Of a DNA stretch of 64,000 nt, positions 52,201-64,000 are shown piece after piece. The first letter of the stretch is position 1; every line of letters begins with the position of its first letter. The notes beneath the pieces were generated by a model that saw only the letters and a program-made list of their open reading frames with translations, did no database searches and was not told the DNA's origin. Position numbers and translations under genes: made by a program. This DNA is from Vicugna vicugna (taxonomy: Eukaryota), in NCBI GenBank assembly GCA_013265495.1, contig MU057840.1, positions 1-64,000 of the forward strand. The letters are read 5' to 3'.

Positions 52201-53061
52201 TCCTGACACGAATACCAGTCACATCAGATGCCAAGAAGAACACTACTTGGGATGTGAGGCGAATGCCATCTGCCACTGTCCTGTATGTAGCCCCAGTCAG
52301 CCACCTCGGGAAGCTGTCAGACATGCTCCTTGGTGCCCTCAAGAAAGGAAAGTCTCCCATGAGAGCACTCAGGGATAAGCATAAGTGAAATGCTACGGAA
52401 GGCAGTAAGAACCATGTATAGGACCAACCTGGGATGGGGGTGGGGGACTCAGCACAGAAGGAAGGAAGGAAAGAATCCTGAACAAGTGAGTGTCTCTGGG
52501 TCTTCCAACCAAAACCCATCTGGACTAACTGGATTTTGTTAAACATGAGGAAATAGTTTTCAAATACATGCATATATATAGAATATATATGTTATTGTAT
52601 TTATATATAAAGGGACATTATTTTTTGTAGTAACATCAGTATTACTGTTCTTAACAAAATTATCAGATGAAGTCATAATTTAATTTAGACTATATAGTGG
52701 GAAGCTAATTGCTGAAAATACTTACTTTTCACAGATTTCCCCTCTCAATGACCAAATGTTTGTTTTATGGTTCAGTTAGCCTATATTCATGTGCCATAAA
52801 TATAAAGGGAAAGTGGTGACATTTGCTATCAAGTACACTGTGATATTTTCTTAATCTCAAATAGGCCACAAAAAAGAGCTTTGGAGAAACATACTGTAGC
52901 CACGTATTTTAGGAGGAAGAGGAGTGGATGGGGGCTTCCTTAAATTTCTTCTGTACTTCTGCTCAAAAGAGACAATCAACACTGTTGGATAGGTGGGGAA
53001 CACACTAAAAGCATCTGCAAAGTGTATTCAGGTACATTTTGCAGGGTAACTTGATTCCAGA

Positions 53062-53246
53062 GCAGCACTGTCCAATAGAACTTTGTGCAGAAACGGAAAC
53101 GTTCTGCGTCTGTGCTGATCGGTAGAACAGCCACTAGCTGCACGTGGTTACTGAGCACTCTAAATGTGGCTAGTGTAACTGAGCAACCCAATTTTAAATT
53201 TTAATAGGCATCTGTGACTCACAGTTGCCATACTGGACAGTGCAGT
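53062..53246. mobile_element. MER3-like hAT-Charlie fossil
   Basis: cagcactgtccaatagaacttt...tactggacagtgcag terminal inverted repeats. Confidence 0.8.
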
Positions 53247-54033
53247 TTTAGATCAATAGAATCTTCTATTTTCTAAGAAAATATTATATTATATGTTTAT
53301 TAATCATTATGACAAAACTCCCTAAAACAGTTGAAGAGGAAAAGAAAATTACTTACAGTGGACAAGCAATTCAAGGTAGGAATTCTGTTATCTGCCTTTA
53401 GTGCAGAGGTGCTTAATGAGAATGCACACTAGATACTCTATCTTTTTTCTATCCTAGTTTCTTTTTATGAATGAAGAGAAAACATAGTCATGTTAGTGGT
53501 TGGTCACGGGCAGGTCTTTTGCCTTGACTAAGCAGTTAATACTCATCAAGGGAAAACGTTTGTTTCAAAGTATCTCAACGTAAATGTGAATTTTAATAAT
53601 CTTGCAATTAAAAGCAAGGCCTCAGGCTTAACCAACAGCTGTATCATCACTAGAGTTCTCAAATTATTAGTCATACAACAGATTAAATGTCACAGAAGTA
53701 TTCTTTCTTTCTCTTGGCTTCTAGTGGAATATCCAGAGAATAAACTGTTTCATTAGATCAGAAAAAGTTTTACTATAGACTTTCAAGTTTAAAATTAGTA
53801 TCTAAAAAGAGGAGAAAGGTGAGAAATGTTTAGTTTGACCTAAAATCTCTGGCAGGCATTCTTGCGAAACCGAATTTTTTTTGCTAGAAAGTGACATTCA
53901 AGTTTCACTTTTGTTAAGTTATAACACAAATTCATCAGAGCAGTTAACAACACAGCACATGTGGATGGAGCTTAGAAATCTGTCCAGCTACTCAAGGGGG
54001 GAAACGAATTCTAGACCGTTAAAGTATCTTTAC

Positions 54034-54114
54034 CTCGTAACGAACAAACTGGTCCATTTTCTTGATTCTTAGAGCGCTTACTTCTGAACTGACTTGGAAT
54101 ATCTAATGAAAGGT
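54034..54114 (-). CDS. USP3: USP3 exon (DLSLDIPSQFRSKRSKNQENGPVCSLR); last USP3 exon found
   Basis: tttttaag acceptor, gtaaag donor, 81 nt, phase 1-1. Confidence 0.92.
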
Positions 54115-54278
54115 CTTAAAAAGAAAGGAAAACAGATGACTGTTAAAAGCTTGTAACTACACTCAAAATACATCAGTTTTTGAAATTATTTTTTAACATT
54201 TATCTCTTTACTGCCTTCATTTTCAAAGGAAACATTACAGTTATTATTTTAATACACTATCATGCATCCAGATGTAAA

Positions 54279-54385
54279 ATAGGAATGGATCAAAGTTTCT
54301 AGATTCTGTCCCACATATGAGGCAGTTAACTTCATTTTGGAGAATGCCTCCGAATATTGCCGTGATGACTGTAGATGCTCCATTT
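54279..54385 (-). pseudogene. USP3: USP3 exon lacking its splice donor (NGASTVITAIFGGILQNEVNCLICGTESRNFDPFL)
   Basis: ttctttag acceptor is intact; after CCA TTC CTA the minus strand reads TTTTACATC with no GT. Confidence 0.88.
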
Positions 54386-57310
54386 CTAAAGAAAATCAAC
54401 ACACAGGAAACTCAGTAAAAAACCTAAATGTGTCTAAGAGCTCCTACAGGTGACTCCCTTTGGGGGGACATATACATCATATATACTCATTTAAATTTTA
54501 AAAATACAAAACTTTCAAAGCTCTAATAGATGTATACGAAATAAAAGGTATAAGCCACTGACTGGCCTTCCCCCAGCCCTCTTTCAGTCTCACTACTTTC
54601 TCCACGAGCAACACTGAACGCTTGCCGTTACTAACAAGCAGATCACGCACATGCCTGTTCTCAGGGCAGGCGGGCCCCTTTCTTCCCAAGCGTACCCTCA
54701 GGAAAGAGGGGGCTGTACACTGCAGCCTTTGCAAAGCCTCCTATTACTCAGGCAGCTCTCTCACTTTACTCTGAACAACAACTTCCATCAAAGGTGGTTT
54801 TAGATTTTTGAGATGGTCAGATTTGGGGCGGGGGTAAACAAATTTAATACATATTTAGTAATTACTGATGGAGGTATCAGTTTACAGTTGGAGTGCCAGG
54901 TGTTACTGTCAACAAGCCTTTTAAAAAGCTCACTTAAAACACTTATAATTCCACCATTATCCCCATTTCTCAGACCAGGAAGCTGAGGTTCAAAGGTTAA
55001 GTAACCTGGTCCAAGTTCACACAGCTGGTCTGACATGAGCACCTACTCTTAACATTGCGCTCCTTCTCTGAACTGAACCAATATTAATGGATACTGAGGA
55101 TGCTTCATTAACAGGACTGCAGCAGACACATACCCTCACCTAGTGCACTAACACACATGACGGCACTTCTGCAGTTACTTAGGCCTGTGATTTGCTCTTT
55201 TTTCTTAACAGCAATTTGAGGTGGTTTCTGTCACTTATAATCAGTAACACTTCCAGCACACTGAACTGTACTGTGAGTTGCTCCAAGCTAAACCTATTGC
55301 AGAGACAGACAAAACCTACCCAAGCAATTCTCTTCTTTTTAAAGTTTGCTTCCTCTTCTAGGAAAGGGCTTCCTTCCTTACTGGCAGAAGAAATATAATG
55401 GCTTTTTTTCTTAAAAGTTGTTCATAAGATATATGGCTTTAGTTAATTAAAAAGGGAGGATACATTAGGAGTTACAGGATATAGTGGCTATTTCAGGTTT
55501 TAGATCTAATGGCTGTCATAAACCAAGGATACATTTTTTAAAAAACTACTGAAAATAAAGGGCCTGTGACTGATCCGTTCATACTGATGTTCACATACAC
55601 GGCTGCCTTTAATTAAAACGGAAACTGCCTTATTACAAAAACAATACATTTAAACTCCGTGTACTTCTTCCTTTAGAATTGCTTCATCTGAAAAAAAGAC
55701 ATTAATCAAGTCTTGGCCATCTGACGTGTATGACATTAATTTTAGGTATACAATGACTGAAAACAAGATCTGCAGCTGATTTCAAAATCGCTGCTCCATT
55801 TGTTATACTGCACACCAAGAGTGTTTCCATACTGGCTACTTGGACAGGCTGTTATGCTGCGAAGGTCCTTTTTATTGGCACTAATGATTTTCTACACATT
55901 AAAAAAACCATCTGCCATTTATGTCTACCACCCCCACCCCCACCTTCAGTAGGGCTGGATGTGTTTATACAAGTAAATAAATACTGCACAGGAAATCTGT
56001 TTTTGTAGTTTTAGCAAATACAATCCTGATCCTCAAATGTATCCAGTGAATTTAAGAAAATATAAGGAAACCTCATTTTGAATATCTGACATTAATTTTT
56101 TGTTCCTAACTCACTAAAGGAATGTACAATTACTATTCTTGAAAATACTATAAGAATTAATATTGAAAACTCATTAGTTACTGAAAGGATACCTTGTAAA
56201 TGTCACACGCTCACTCCAACAGGGCACCTGGGTGTCAAATAATAAAGACCCCCCCCACTTCACACAGACTGTCTGTGATAGAACCCAGCCTAATCTCCCC
56301 TGGGCCGGAGCGCACCAGCATCAAGGTACAGAGTGGTTTTCACTGACTGCCGTGTGTAATTTGGTGCTGGCAGCAAGGACAGTGCCCCCAGGTCACAGGC
56401 CCCTTCCCTTCTGTACTGGAGTCTAATGCGAATCTCAGCCACAGGACCTGGAGGGCCAAGCATTTGAAGAAGTAGGCAGTTCTTAGTGCCCGCTGACAAG
56501 GCCAGGGTCGCTGTGAGATTGCTCTCTGATTAAAAAGCCCCATCTCACATGAAATCTGATTTGTGGACGGCCAGGCAGTAATACTGCAGCCGCCCCTGTA
56601 TATTACTTACTCTTTCGCTCTTTCTTTGGGGAGTCTGCCTTATACGTTCCTTTCCTGCACAGGTCAATGTAAAACTTTTTTTTTTATCTGAGCAATAGGA
56701 GACTACAATTAACCAAAATCCAAGCTGAAATACAACTCAACTATCCCTTCCTCAAGCAAAACAAACATTCTGAACTCCATGTACATTTGGGGGCCTTAGT
56801 ACCTGGGAAAGCTAACTAAAAGGTCTGTTTTGTTCATATTGAGAGGCAAGAAAGAATTCTGAAAACGTACAAATGCCTCAATTTGATTAAAAAACAGACA
56901 TATTCTAGGAAAATTTGAGTCCAAAATGAGGCTTTAGGAAAATTCACATTGAAAATATTGTAAGCTTTCGTTATCAGTGAACAAATTATTTCAGTATATG
57001 AAAATTAAGTTGCCTACCTATTATTCAGTACATTTGGAGGAAAATTTTTAAATACATAAATTGTAAATAAGTTAAAATAATTTATAGTAAATAACAATCT
57101 AGCTACACCAAGATGGAAATAATTACAAGATGCCTCTGGTCTAGAAGCAGGAGACATGTGTTAGTCCACTTGGTCACAAAGTTCAAGTGCACAAAAGTTT
57201 CAGCAGAGGTCCAGGAACATTCTCCGCTGTCCATTACAAATGCAATAAACTATAACAGCCATAGGAATGCCTCAAGTCTTCCTAGAAAGCAAAAGGAAGC
57301 CAAATCTTAC

Positions 57311-57457
57311 ATGCAATGTTTGTTACTTGCAGACACAGCAGAATTCTCCTGCAGCATTGCTGAGCGGGAAATCCCGTTGAAACCGCCCTGGAGTTCCAAG
57401 TGCAGGTGGTCGAGCAGGTAGCGCATGAACTCGTGGGCGTCCTGCTGCTGATGGCCC
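57311..57457 (-). CDS. USP3: USP3 exon with QQDAHEF motif (GHQQQDAHEFMRYLLDHLHLELQGGFNGISRSAMLQENSAVSASNKHC)
   Basis: ctccaag acceptor, gtaaga donor, 147 nt, open frame. Confidence 0.93.
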
Positions 57458-59639
57458 CTTGGAGCAAACAGAAACTGTCAGTCCCCGTGCGGCCCCGTGG
57501 GCCCCGCTGGAGCGGGAGGGCAGCGCGCCCAGAAGGGCTGCTGCTCAGAGCTCAGGGAGGCTCCCTGCTCCTTCCTCCACGTGTTATACATTAAATTCTC
57601 TTCAAGAAAGAGTTCTATAACTTAAAAACAAGTCTGAAAATACGAACTACAACCAGAATTTCCCTCAATACATATTTTCCCCCTTTCCTTAAGTTTCTTC
57701 TGGAAATTATAAATTATGGAAATGATCTGCCTAATCAATGGAACTTAAATCAGAAGTCAATTTAGCATTTCACTGTAAATGTTTCTATTTAGCAACTAAA
57801 TATCAACATATGTTCAAGCATTTCTTATAAGATTATTATGAATAAAATGCTAAAATTCAGTCAAAAGTATTCAAAGTTAATAGTTCCTTTCGATATCCAA
57901 GGAGGTGCTTTAAACTTTTTCAACACAACTTTTTTTTCGTAACTCAAAGGTAAGATTAGTATTTCCGGTCACATCTCAAATTCTATCACACATAAAAATG
58001 TTTTTTTCTCTTACCAAAATAACCTAGTGTCTAAGCATTTTCTAAAATGGATCATGAAAATTAGGACCTTGTAGTTACACCAATTTGCATTTTCATCAAA
58101 CACACATCCATCCCTTTTTAAAACAATCTGCCACTGTGCATTAACAAGTATATGGACTTGTACTTGCATAAATAATATACATTATCCAAGTATATGTGCT
58201 TGTACAAGTAATGTACATTGTACATTAACAAGTATATCCAACCACACCATGATTCTCTTGATTCTCTTTTCTTGTATCAAAATACATTATTTTCTTATGT
58301 TCCCTTTACCATTAGAAACACATTTTTTCACCTACAGGAGATCATGGAACACTCAGCTGTTTTATAAAGGTTTATAAAGATAAGTTACAGGCATCTGTTT
58401 CAATTTGTGACCTTCCCCAGACAACAAAAAGCCTCTATTTCTAAGACTAGGAAGTGCTTTGATTCTGACTAAACAGAAGTTATTTTTATATAATAATAAA
58501 ATAGAAATATTAAATCTCTATCAACAGTCTGAATAGGTGATTGTTAGAAATTTTCTAATAAATCTGAGCCTGATTAATGGTAACTTAACAGTCATTTCTA
58601 CCTTTCTATTTAGAGTCAAGAAATTCTATGATTCTTGCAAAATTAGTCTCACCTGAGAGGGGATTTAAATGACATCAAACATAAAAGAAGTTTCCTTCAC
58701 AACAAAGACCAGGGTAATGAGAGTCAACTACATCTGATCCTCAAGGCTAGACTCTTCAGTAAGGCAACAAATCACAGTCCTTTAAAGTTGTTACCCTTTA
58801 AACATTTCTCCAAACTATCAATACATCTAAACCACTGTTAGGCAATATAGCCAGACACATTGCTGTCTCACTACAGCATGCTGTTTAAAAAGAAGGAGAG
58901 AGATGTACTTCAGGTGCCAAAACCATGACTAGGAAGAACCACGACTTGCTTCACAAGGATAAAATCAGCAGAAGGTGGCAAAGGCTGCTGTCAAACACCT
59001 GCAGGGCCTCAAATCTGCTGACACCTGATTCCCCACAGGGATGACCAGCCTAGGGCAAGAGGGCACATCCTCTAACAGCACGGCTGGCTGCCCACTCACA
59101 CAAGACTATACAGAGAACGTAGAAAACACGGTGACTTTACAGCCACATTAGAAGGTGACCCTGGTCATCGTGCTACCTCCTGGAAAGTGAATCCCAGTGG
59201 ACTTCACTCGTCTTCTAAGGTCTTCAGAATCCAGAACAGTGAATACAATACCAGTTTTATACTGACTACATGTGGAATTTCTTTTAAGTTGAAATAACAA
59301 TATAGTGTACGATGATAATTATTGCTTACAAGATTTTGAAAGAATCAAGGAAAATGTGTCCAGTTTGTTTTCCAAAGGCACATAAATTATTTAGAAGGGC
59401 TTTGGTTTTATACAACAAAATGTCCTACCCTCTAGTTAAAGACATTTCTAAGGTCTACCTATTATTTATATAAACACATTTATCTAGTTGAATATATCGA
59501 ACTTCTGCTCTTCTTTTAAAAAGCCAACACACACTAGCCTTTATTGTTTAGAATACCACCACTTTGTTGGAAATTGTCTCAGGAACAGAGTAAGGACTAA
59601 TATTAATATTTCAAATAGCCCTCATTACATAATACTTAC

Positions 59640-59753
59640 CTCAAATTCGGCATAATCCTCCAAACAACATAAAATAAGGACTCTGGGCTAAAAGCAGTCT
59701 GGCTACCCTGCCATGAAGCACACAGTGTCTTTCTAAACTCTTCCACCAAAGAC
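59640..59753 (-). CDS. USP3: USP3 exon (SLVEEFRKTLCASWQGSQTAFSPESLFYVVWRIMPNL)
   Basis: tttccag acceptor, gtaagt donor, 114 nt, open frame; three substitutions versus recalled human (L>S, K>R, F>L). Confidence 0.93.
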
Positions 59754-60509
59754 CTGGAAAAGAGGAAGGGATGATGGTTCCCTTAACATTTAGTGAGAGG
59801 CTACTATTTCAATACACAATGTTCAGTTGTCTGAAATTCGTAATAAAAAATGAAGACATAAAAAGGCTGTGGTCTCTTCTGAACGAAGTCTGACAGTTAA
59901 GTAATAGCATCTCAAAAACCCACATAAACAGCAGTAATTACTGACAAAACTAGTTTTTTAACGTATAGTGAACTCTGAGTTTGCCAAGTACTGTCATACT
60001 TGTAGAATAAACCAATGGGTAGGTTACAAACCAATTAGTTAAGAATGTTCATTTTAAAAAACTTAAAATAAGGAACAGCATCTTTCTTCTTCTCCTTCTC
60101 GTCGTCGTCTTCTCCATTTTTCCTTCTTAGCCCTCACTAGGAGCACTCTTCCCAGACCTCAGTGTGTGACCATCTGCTCATCTCTGCCTCAGAGAGTTCA
60201 TCTGGACTCAAGGATCAACATTCAAGTTTATACCAATGACTCTCAAAGCCAAATCTGAAAGCCAGATTTTTTCATCACCGCTTTGATTCAGGAGTCTCCC
60301 AGTTCCAACAGGAATTCTCTACTGCATGTCCTCTTGTCTCTTGAGAAGCAGTGTGCACTAAACCTGCTCTCTGCATCCTCCCTGCTGTCCCTCTATATCC
60401 GATCGCCCCTTCTCTCACAGGAATACAACTTCCATTTTCTCCTTTGAACGTGTCCAACTTCTGAGAAATTTCCTTAAAGAGAAAGAGTAGCCCTTCTTGT
60501 TAAGCCCTT

Positions 60510-60760
60510 CCTTCTTCCTTCTAGCTAGAATGAGGACGAAATGCTGCTGCTCCAGCATCACCCTGGACTCTGGATGAGAGCCTCACCCCAGGGAGGGTGC
60601 AGCAGAGCGCCAGAAGGAGCCTGATGGTCGTGTGAAATAAACCTAGATGGATAACCTCCAACTTGACGTGAGAAAATAAACCACGAAAGTTCAAGTCACT
60701 GTCAGTCTTGGTTTTCTGTGCACGGAGGTCAACTGATAAACGTCCACTTCAGACCGTGTC
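60510..60760 (+). mobile_element. MLT1-like (MaLR) LTR fragment
   Basis: agagcgccagaaggagcctg...gtgagaaaataaac...ttcaagtcactg. Confidence 0.45.
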
Positions 60761-62155
60761 CGTCACTTCAGCTGCCGTACTCACGGACACCTGCCCGATG
60801 CCCCCGAGGATCTCAACCCCCGTCATCCAACAGGTTCGTGTCTCTTACTTCCCAGCCCCTGAACCCTCTTCCTGTGTTTGAGGAGCCCCACCTGAAGGGT
60901 CTTGTGGGAGTCCGAGCCTGCCTCCCACTACGGAAGCTGCAAAGGCCAGATACTTGCTTTCTCAGCACCCCTGGCAGCCAGGACTTGGGCACGTGGCCTG
61001 GGTTCTGCCTCTGTGAAGCAGGAGTTAGTGATGCAAAGAAGCCGCGACAGTGCCAAATCCTTCCTGGTGGCCAAGAGCACCATCGGGAGGGCAGGGACAG
61101 CAGTGACAGCAGCATCCAGCCGGCACCCAACTCCAGCCGTGCGGGCAGTGGGACCTCCGCTGCGGCCCTGGGCAGGGGTCCTGATGAGACATCCTTATGC
61201 AGGCCTGGACTCCAGACCCCATTTTCTACCCATCCAGTAACGGTGAGCTCACCAACACGCTTTCCGGACATTCCTTTTCTGCCGAAGATGGCCAGAGGCA
61301 ACTTCTGCAATGTGTAACTACACCCTAAACGACGCTAATGCATCGAGTGCTCCTAATTCTTCCCGAACTTCTGTGCACGTGTAGTTCTTCCTTGTCATTT
61401 CACCGTTTCCTCTAACCAATTACTCTAAAGTGTGAAGTCTCCTGGAACACAGCACGCTCCAGCTCATCCATGTGCTGCTACTGAATTAAGCTCCTGACAC
61501 AGCGCTTCCAGTGAGATCACGCCCTCCCTGCTCCCGTGCCCGGCGTGGGGGTTCCCGCCCACCCTGGCCTGCTGCGCGCTCCGTGCTGCACACTGTTCTA
61601 GCACGGTCTCCTGTTCCCCCTCAGCCATCAAGGCTTTCATAATATGATGCATCTTTAAACCCAAACGAGAACATGGCTGCACTGAATTTGAATGCATATT
61701 GGTTTGGTTCAATTGTCAATTTTTTTCCCTTCCACTTCACATAAAAATTGACTGTACTGCCCCCGCAAGTAATTTGGTAACTACAAATTAATTTAATTAT
61801 CCAAGACCAGTTTACCTAACCAATGCAGACAAATCAATTCACAAAGCCTAATGATACTCATGCTGGTCTACACCCATAACTGTATTTCATACACACGTCA
61901 CTTTTAGAATGTCCAAATCCACAGACCCAGCAGGTAGACAGAGTACTAAATTTATCCTGCCTATTAGGTAAATAGACACAAAAGAATCCCAATAATTATT
62001 AAGACTGCCAGCTAGATACTTACATGCAATTTTTAGAAGAAGAGGCTGTTTTTGAAATGCATGTGCCTATTAACTCGCATAATGCAATGGAAATCACCAG
62101 TAAGGGTCATTTGCTCAGCAGCTCAAAGCCAGAAAGGACACATTCTTAGACTCAC

Positions 62156-62269
62156 ACGTTGTTGTCCCCCTGGCTCCTGGTGTGGTACGTCCGCCTTCCT
62201 GCTGTCTTCCCATTCCTTAACTCCACGGCGGGCAGTTCTTTGAAATAACAGCAAAACTGCTCAATGTTA
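62156..62269 (-). CDS. USP3: USP3 exon ([37 protein letters not shown])
   Basis: aaatag acceptor, gtgagt donor, 114 nt, open frame, phase 2-2. Confidence 0.93.
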
Positions 62270-63009
62270 CTATTTTAAAAGGAAGGGAAGAAAATTATTT
62301 TTTTTAATGTACTAAGACTGTGAAGAAAGTACTCTGAGACCTACATACGGACTTTGAAAATGTCACCTTTCAATTTCTCATTAGAACTGTACCTCAGTGC
62401 AATCTCTTCACTAAGTCTCCTCATTTACTCCAAGAAAACAATAGAAGCAGATGACTTTGCAGAAATAAAGACCTCAGAGCAAAACGTCTGTTCAAAAAAT
62501 CCCCAAGCCCCTCTCCTCCCCGCACCCCCAACACACACACACACAATCTATAGACTGCGGTCATTTCTTTTCAGGGTGTTTGCTCCCAAGCGTTCAATAA
62601 TTTCCTCAAATAAAAACAAATCACGAAACCAACCACACTGTTTAAATACGCCCCACAGAGTCACCAGGAGAATTCAGCAGTGACTAGAACTTCTTCCTTG
62701 AGCAAGACTAGGCAAGTCAGTACCTAGTAAAGTTCAGTACCTTTAAGGAGAGACTGAACTCGGCTTCTGCTCCTCATTAGCAAGGTGGCCTTGGGAAAAT
62801 ATAATTTATTCTGGTCTTTGATGCCACATTAAAAATCTAAAAGTACACAACTTTCAAAATAACTTCTTTTATGTACCAGGTCAGCCTTGTTGTCAGTTTT
62901 ATTTTTACTGCTCATCTTACATTTTCAAGATCTTCTAAACCTCTGATCTTATGACCATACTTAAGAATGAATCATTGAACCAAGTTCTCTGAACAAGGTT
63001 CCTTATAGC

Positions 63010-63208
63010 CCAGGAGTCTGCAAGCTGTGGCCCACGGGACAAATCTGGCCCTGCACCAGTGAGCTTTTACATTTTTAAAGTGGCTTCTATATTTCTGAAG
63101 AGTTGTGTAAAACGGAGGGGCTGCTGAAGGGAGGAGACTGGATGTGGCATGCAAAGCTTAAAAAGATGTATTTAACCTGGCCTTTTACAGAAGTTTGCAG
63201 GCCTGTGC
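63010..63208. mobile_element. MER58-like DNA transposon fossil (another at about 5010-5192)
   Basis: caagctgtggcccacgggacaaatctggcc...ctggccttttacagaagtttgc. Confidence 0.6.
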
Positions 63209-63239
63209 TCAACCCTATTCGAGAAGCAACAGGAACCAA

Positions 63240-63450
63240 ATAATAATAACAGCTAACAGTTATTAGCTGCCAGGCACTGTTCTAAGCACTTTGTACAAAT
63301 TGTGTAATAGCTTCCCAACCACCCTGTGAGGTTCACTACTATCCCCCATTCCACTGATGAGAAAAGCAAGGCACAGGGAGCTGGGGTACCTGCCCCAAGT
63401 TCCTAGAGTTAGTGGCAGAGACAGGATCGGAACCCACTGCCTTTGCTCCT
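63240..63450. mobile_element. MIR (others at about 35230-35440 and 54890-55050)
   Basis: ccaggcactgttctaagcacttt...caaccaccctgtgagg...cctgccccaagttcc. Confidence 0.7.
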
Positions 63451-63504
63451 AACCGTTCCACTCGAAACTGATGTCAGGTACTTAGGCTCTGGCTGTAACA
63501 TTAC

Positions 63505-63587
63505 CTGAGGGACTGAAGGATGGCATTCATGAAACACGTGTTCCCCAAATTCCGCAGGCCTGTGGCACAGATGGCAGTGGTGCTTCC
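63505..63587 (-). CDS. USP3: USP3 exon with catalytic Cys box ([27 protein letters not shown])
   Basis: ttttacag acceptor, gtaatg donor, 83 nt, open frame with [12 protein letters not shown] motif. Confidence 0.95.
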
Positions 63588-64000
63588 CTGTAAAATGGAA
63601 CAAGAGGCAGCCATCAGGAACGCCAAGAGAAGGCCAACTGTTCCGAACATCAAAGTGGAGCGAAGGGCTGGACTTGAAACTCTAGCATCCAGCCAGCTTG
63701 GAACTGATTCTTTTCTGCCCAGCGAGTATTTCAAATTCCTTTTCTATTCTCTGTATAAGTGTCTGGATATTTTTAGAAGGCTGTTTCTGATCCTAGAACT
63801 GTTCTAAATGGGAGTATCTTATGGAAGCTTATGAGAGATCGGCATTACTAACTACTGTGGAGTACACATTGCAGAAACCAGGCAGGTCCTTCAAAGAAAT
63901 ACGTTTAGGACTTAATACTTGTATAAGATTCTATTAAAGCTACTACAAATCAGAAAAAGTATAAATATGTACATCTCAAGTATTTCTGTCCCCCAACTTT

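Larger units (their letters stand above)
54034..63587 (-). pseudogene. USP3: Partial unprocessed USP3 (ubiquitin-specific peptidase 3) copy; six exons, 3'-truncated, probably a duplicate
   Basis: Six phase-compatible exons translate to [43 protein letters not shown]...QQQDAHEFMRYLLDHLH...DLSLDIPSQFRSKRSKNQENGPVCSLR, matching recalled USP3. One donor is missing, and no later USP3 exon is seen before COL12A1 sequence starts. The 5' exons would lie beyond the window end. Confidence 0.9.

Noticed and set aside
60718..61317. 199-aa and 165-aa overlapping ORFs
   Set aside because: GC-rich intron of the USP3 copy with no recognisable domain or exon structure.
54034..63587. Interpretation as the functional USP3 gene
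   Set aside because: The donor is lost, substitutions are in excess, and COL12A1 sequence sits where the 3' exons should be. An assembly artefact is not fully excluded.
1..64000. Prokaryotic-type systems (CRISPR arrays, operons, rRNA)
   Set aside because: The sequence is mammalian, with spliceosomal introns and LINE/SINE repeats; no repeat-spacer array was seen.

Overview
Mammalian genomic DNA, most likely camelid: it carries tRNA-derived Vic-1-type SINEs and many short L1 3' tails of one young family. I found no complete, intact gene. The window is a mosaic of intron-containing fragments of three genes that are unlinked in human, all on the minus strand. (1) A 3'-truncated USP3 copy: six exons at 54034-63587, with the Cys box intact, one splice donor destroyed and no His-box exons. 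(2) A degenerate COL12A1 fibronectin-III segment: eight exons at 38356-47681, with frameshifts, a stop and a large internal deletion. (3) A MAPK1/ERK2 promoter, exon 1 and intron 1 start at about 19.9-20.8 kb, which has lost its start codon but keeps a CpG island and splice donor. Several unidentified exon-like segments lie between them. The rest is dense L1, L2, MIR, MER and LTR sequence, including a fold-back LTR pair, a twin-primed L1 with target-site duplications (TSDs) and a TSD-flanked polyadenylated retro-insertion. The overall picture is a segmental-duplication or exon-shuffling hub. Gene identities come from my recall of the human proteins, not from a database search; repeat boundaries are approximate.
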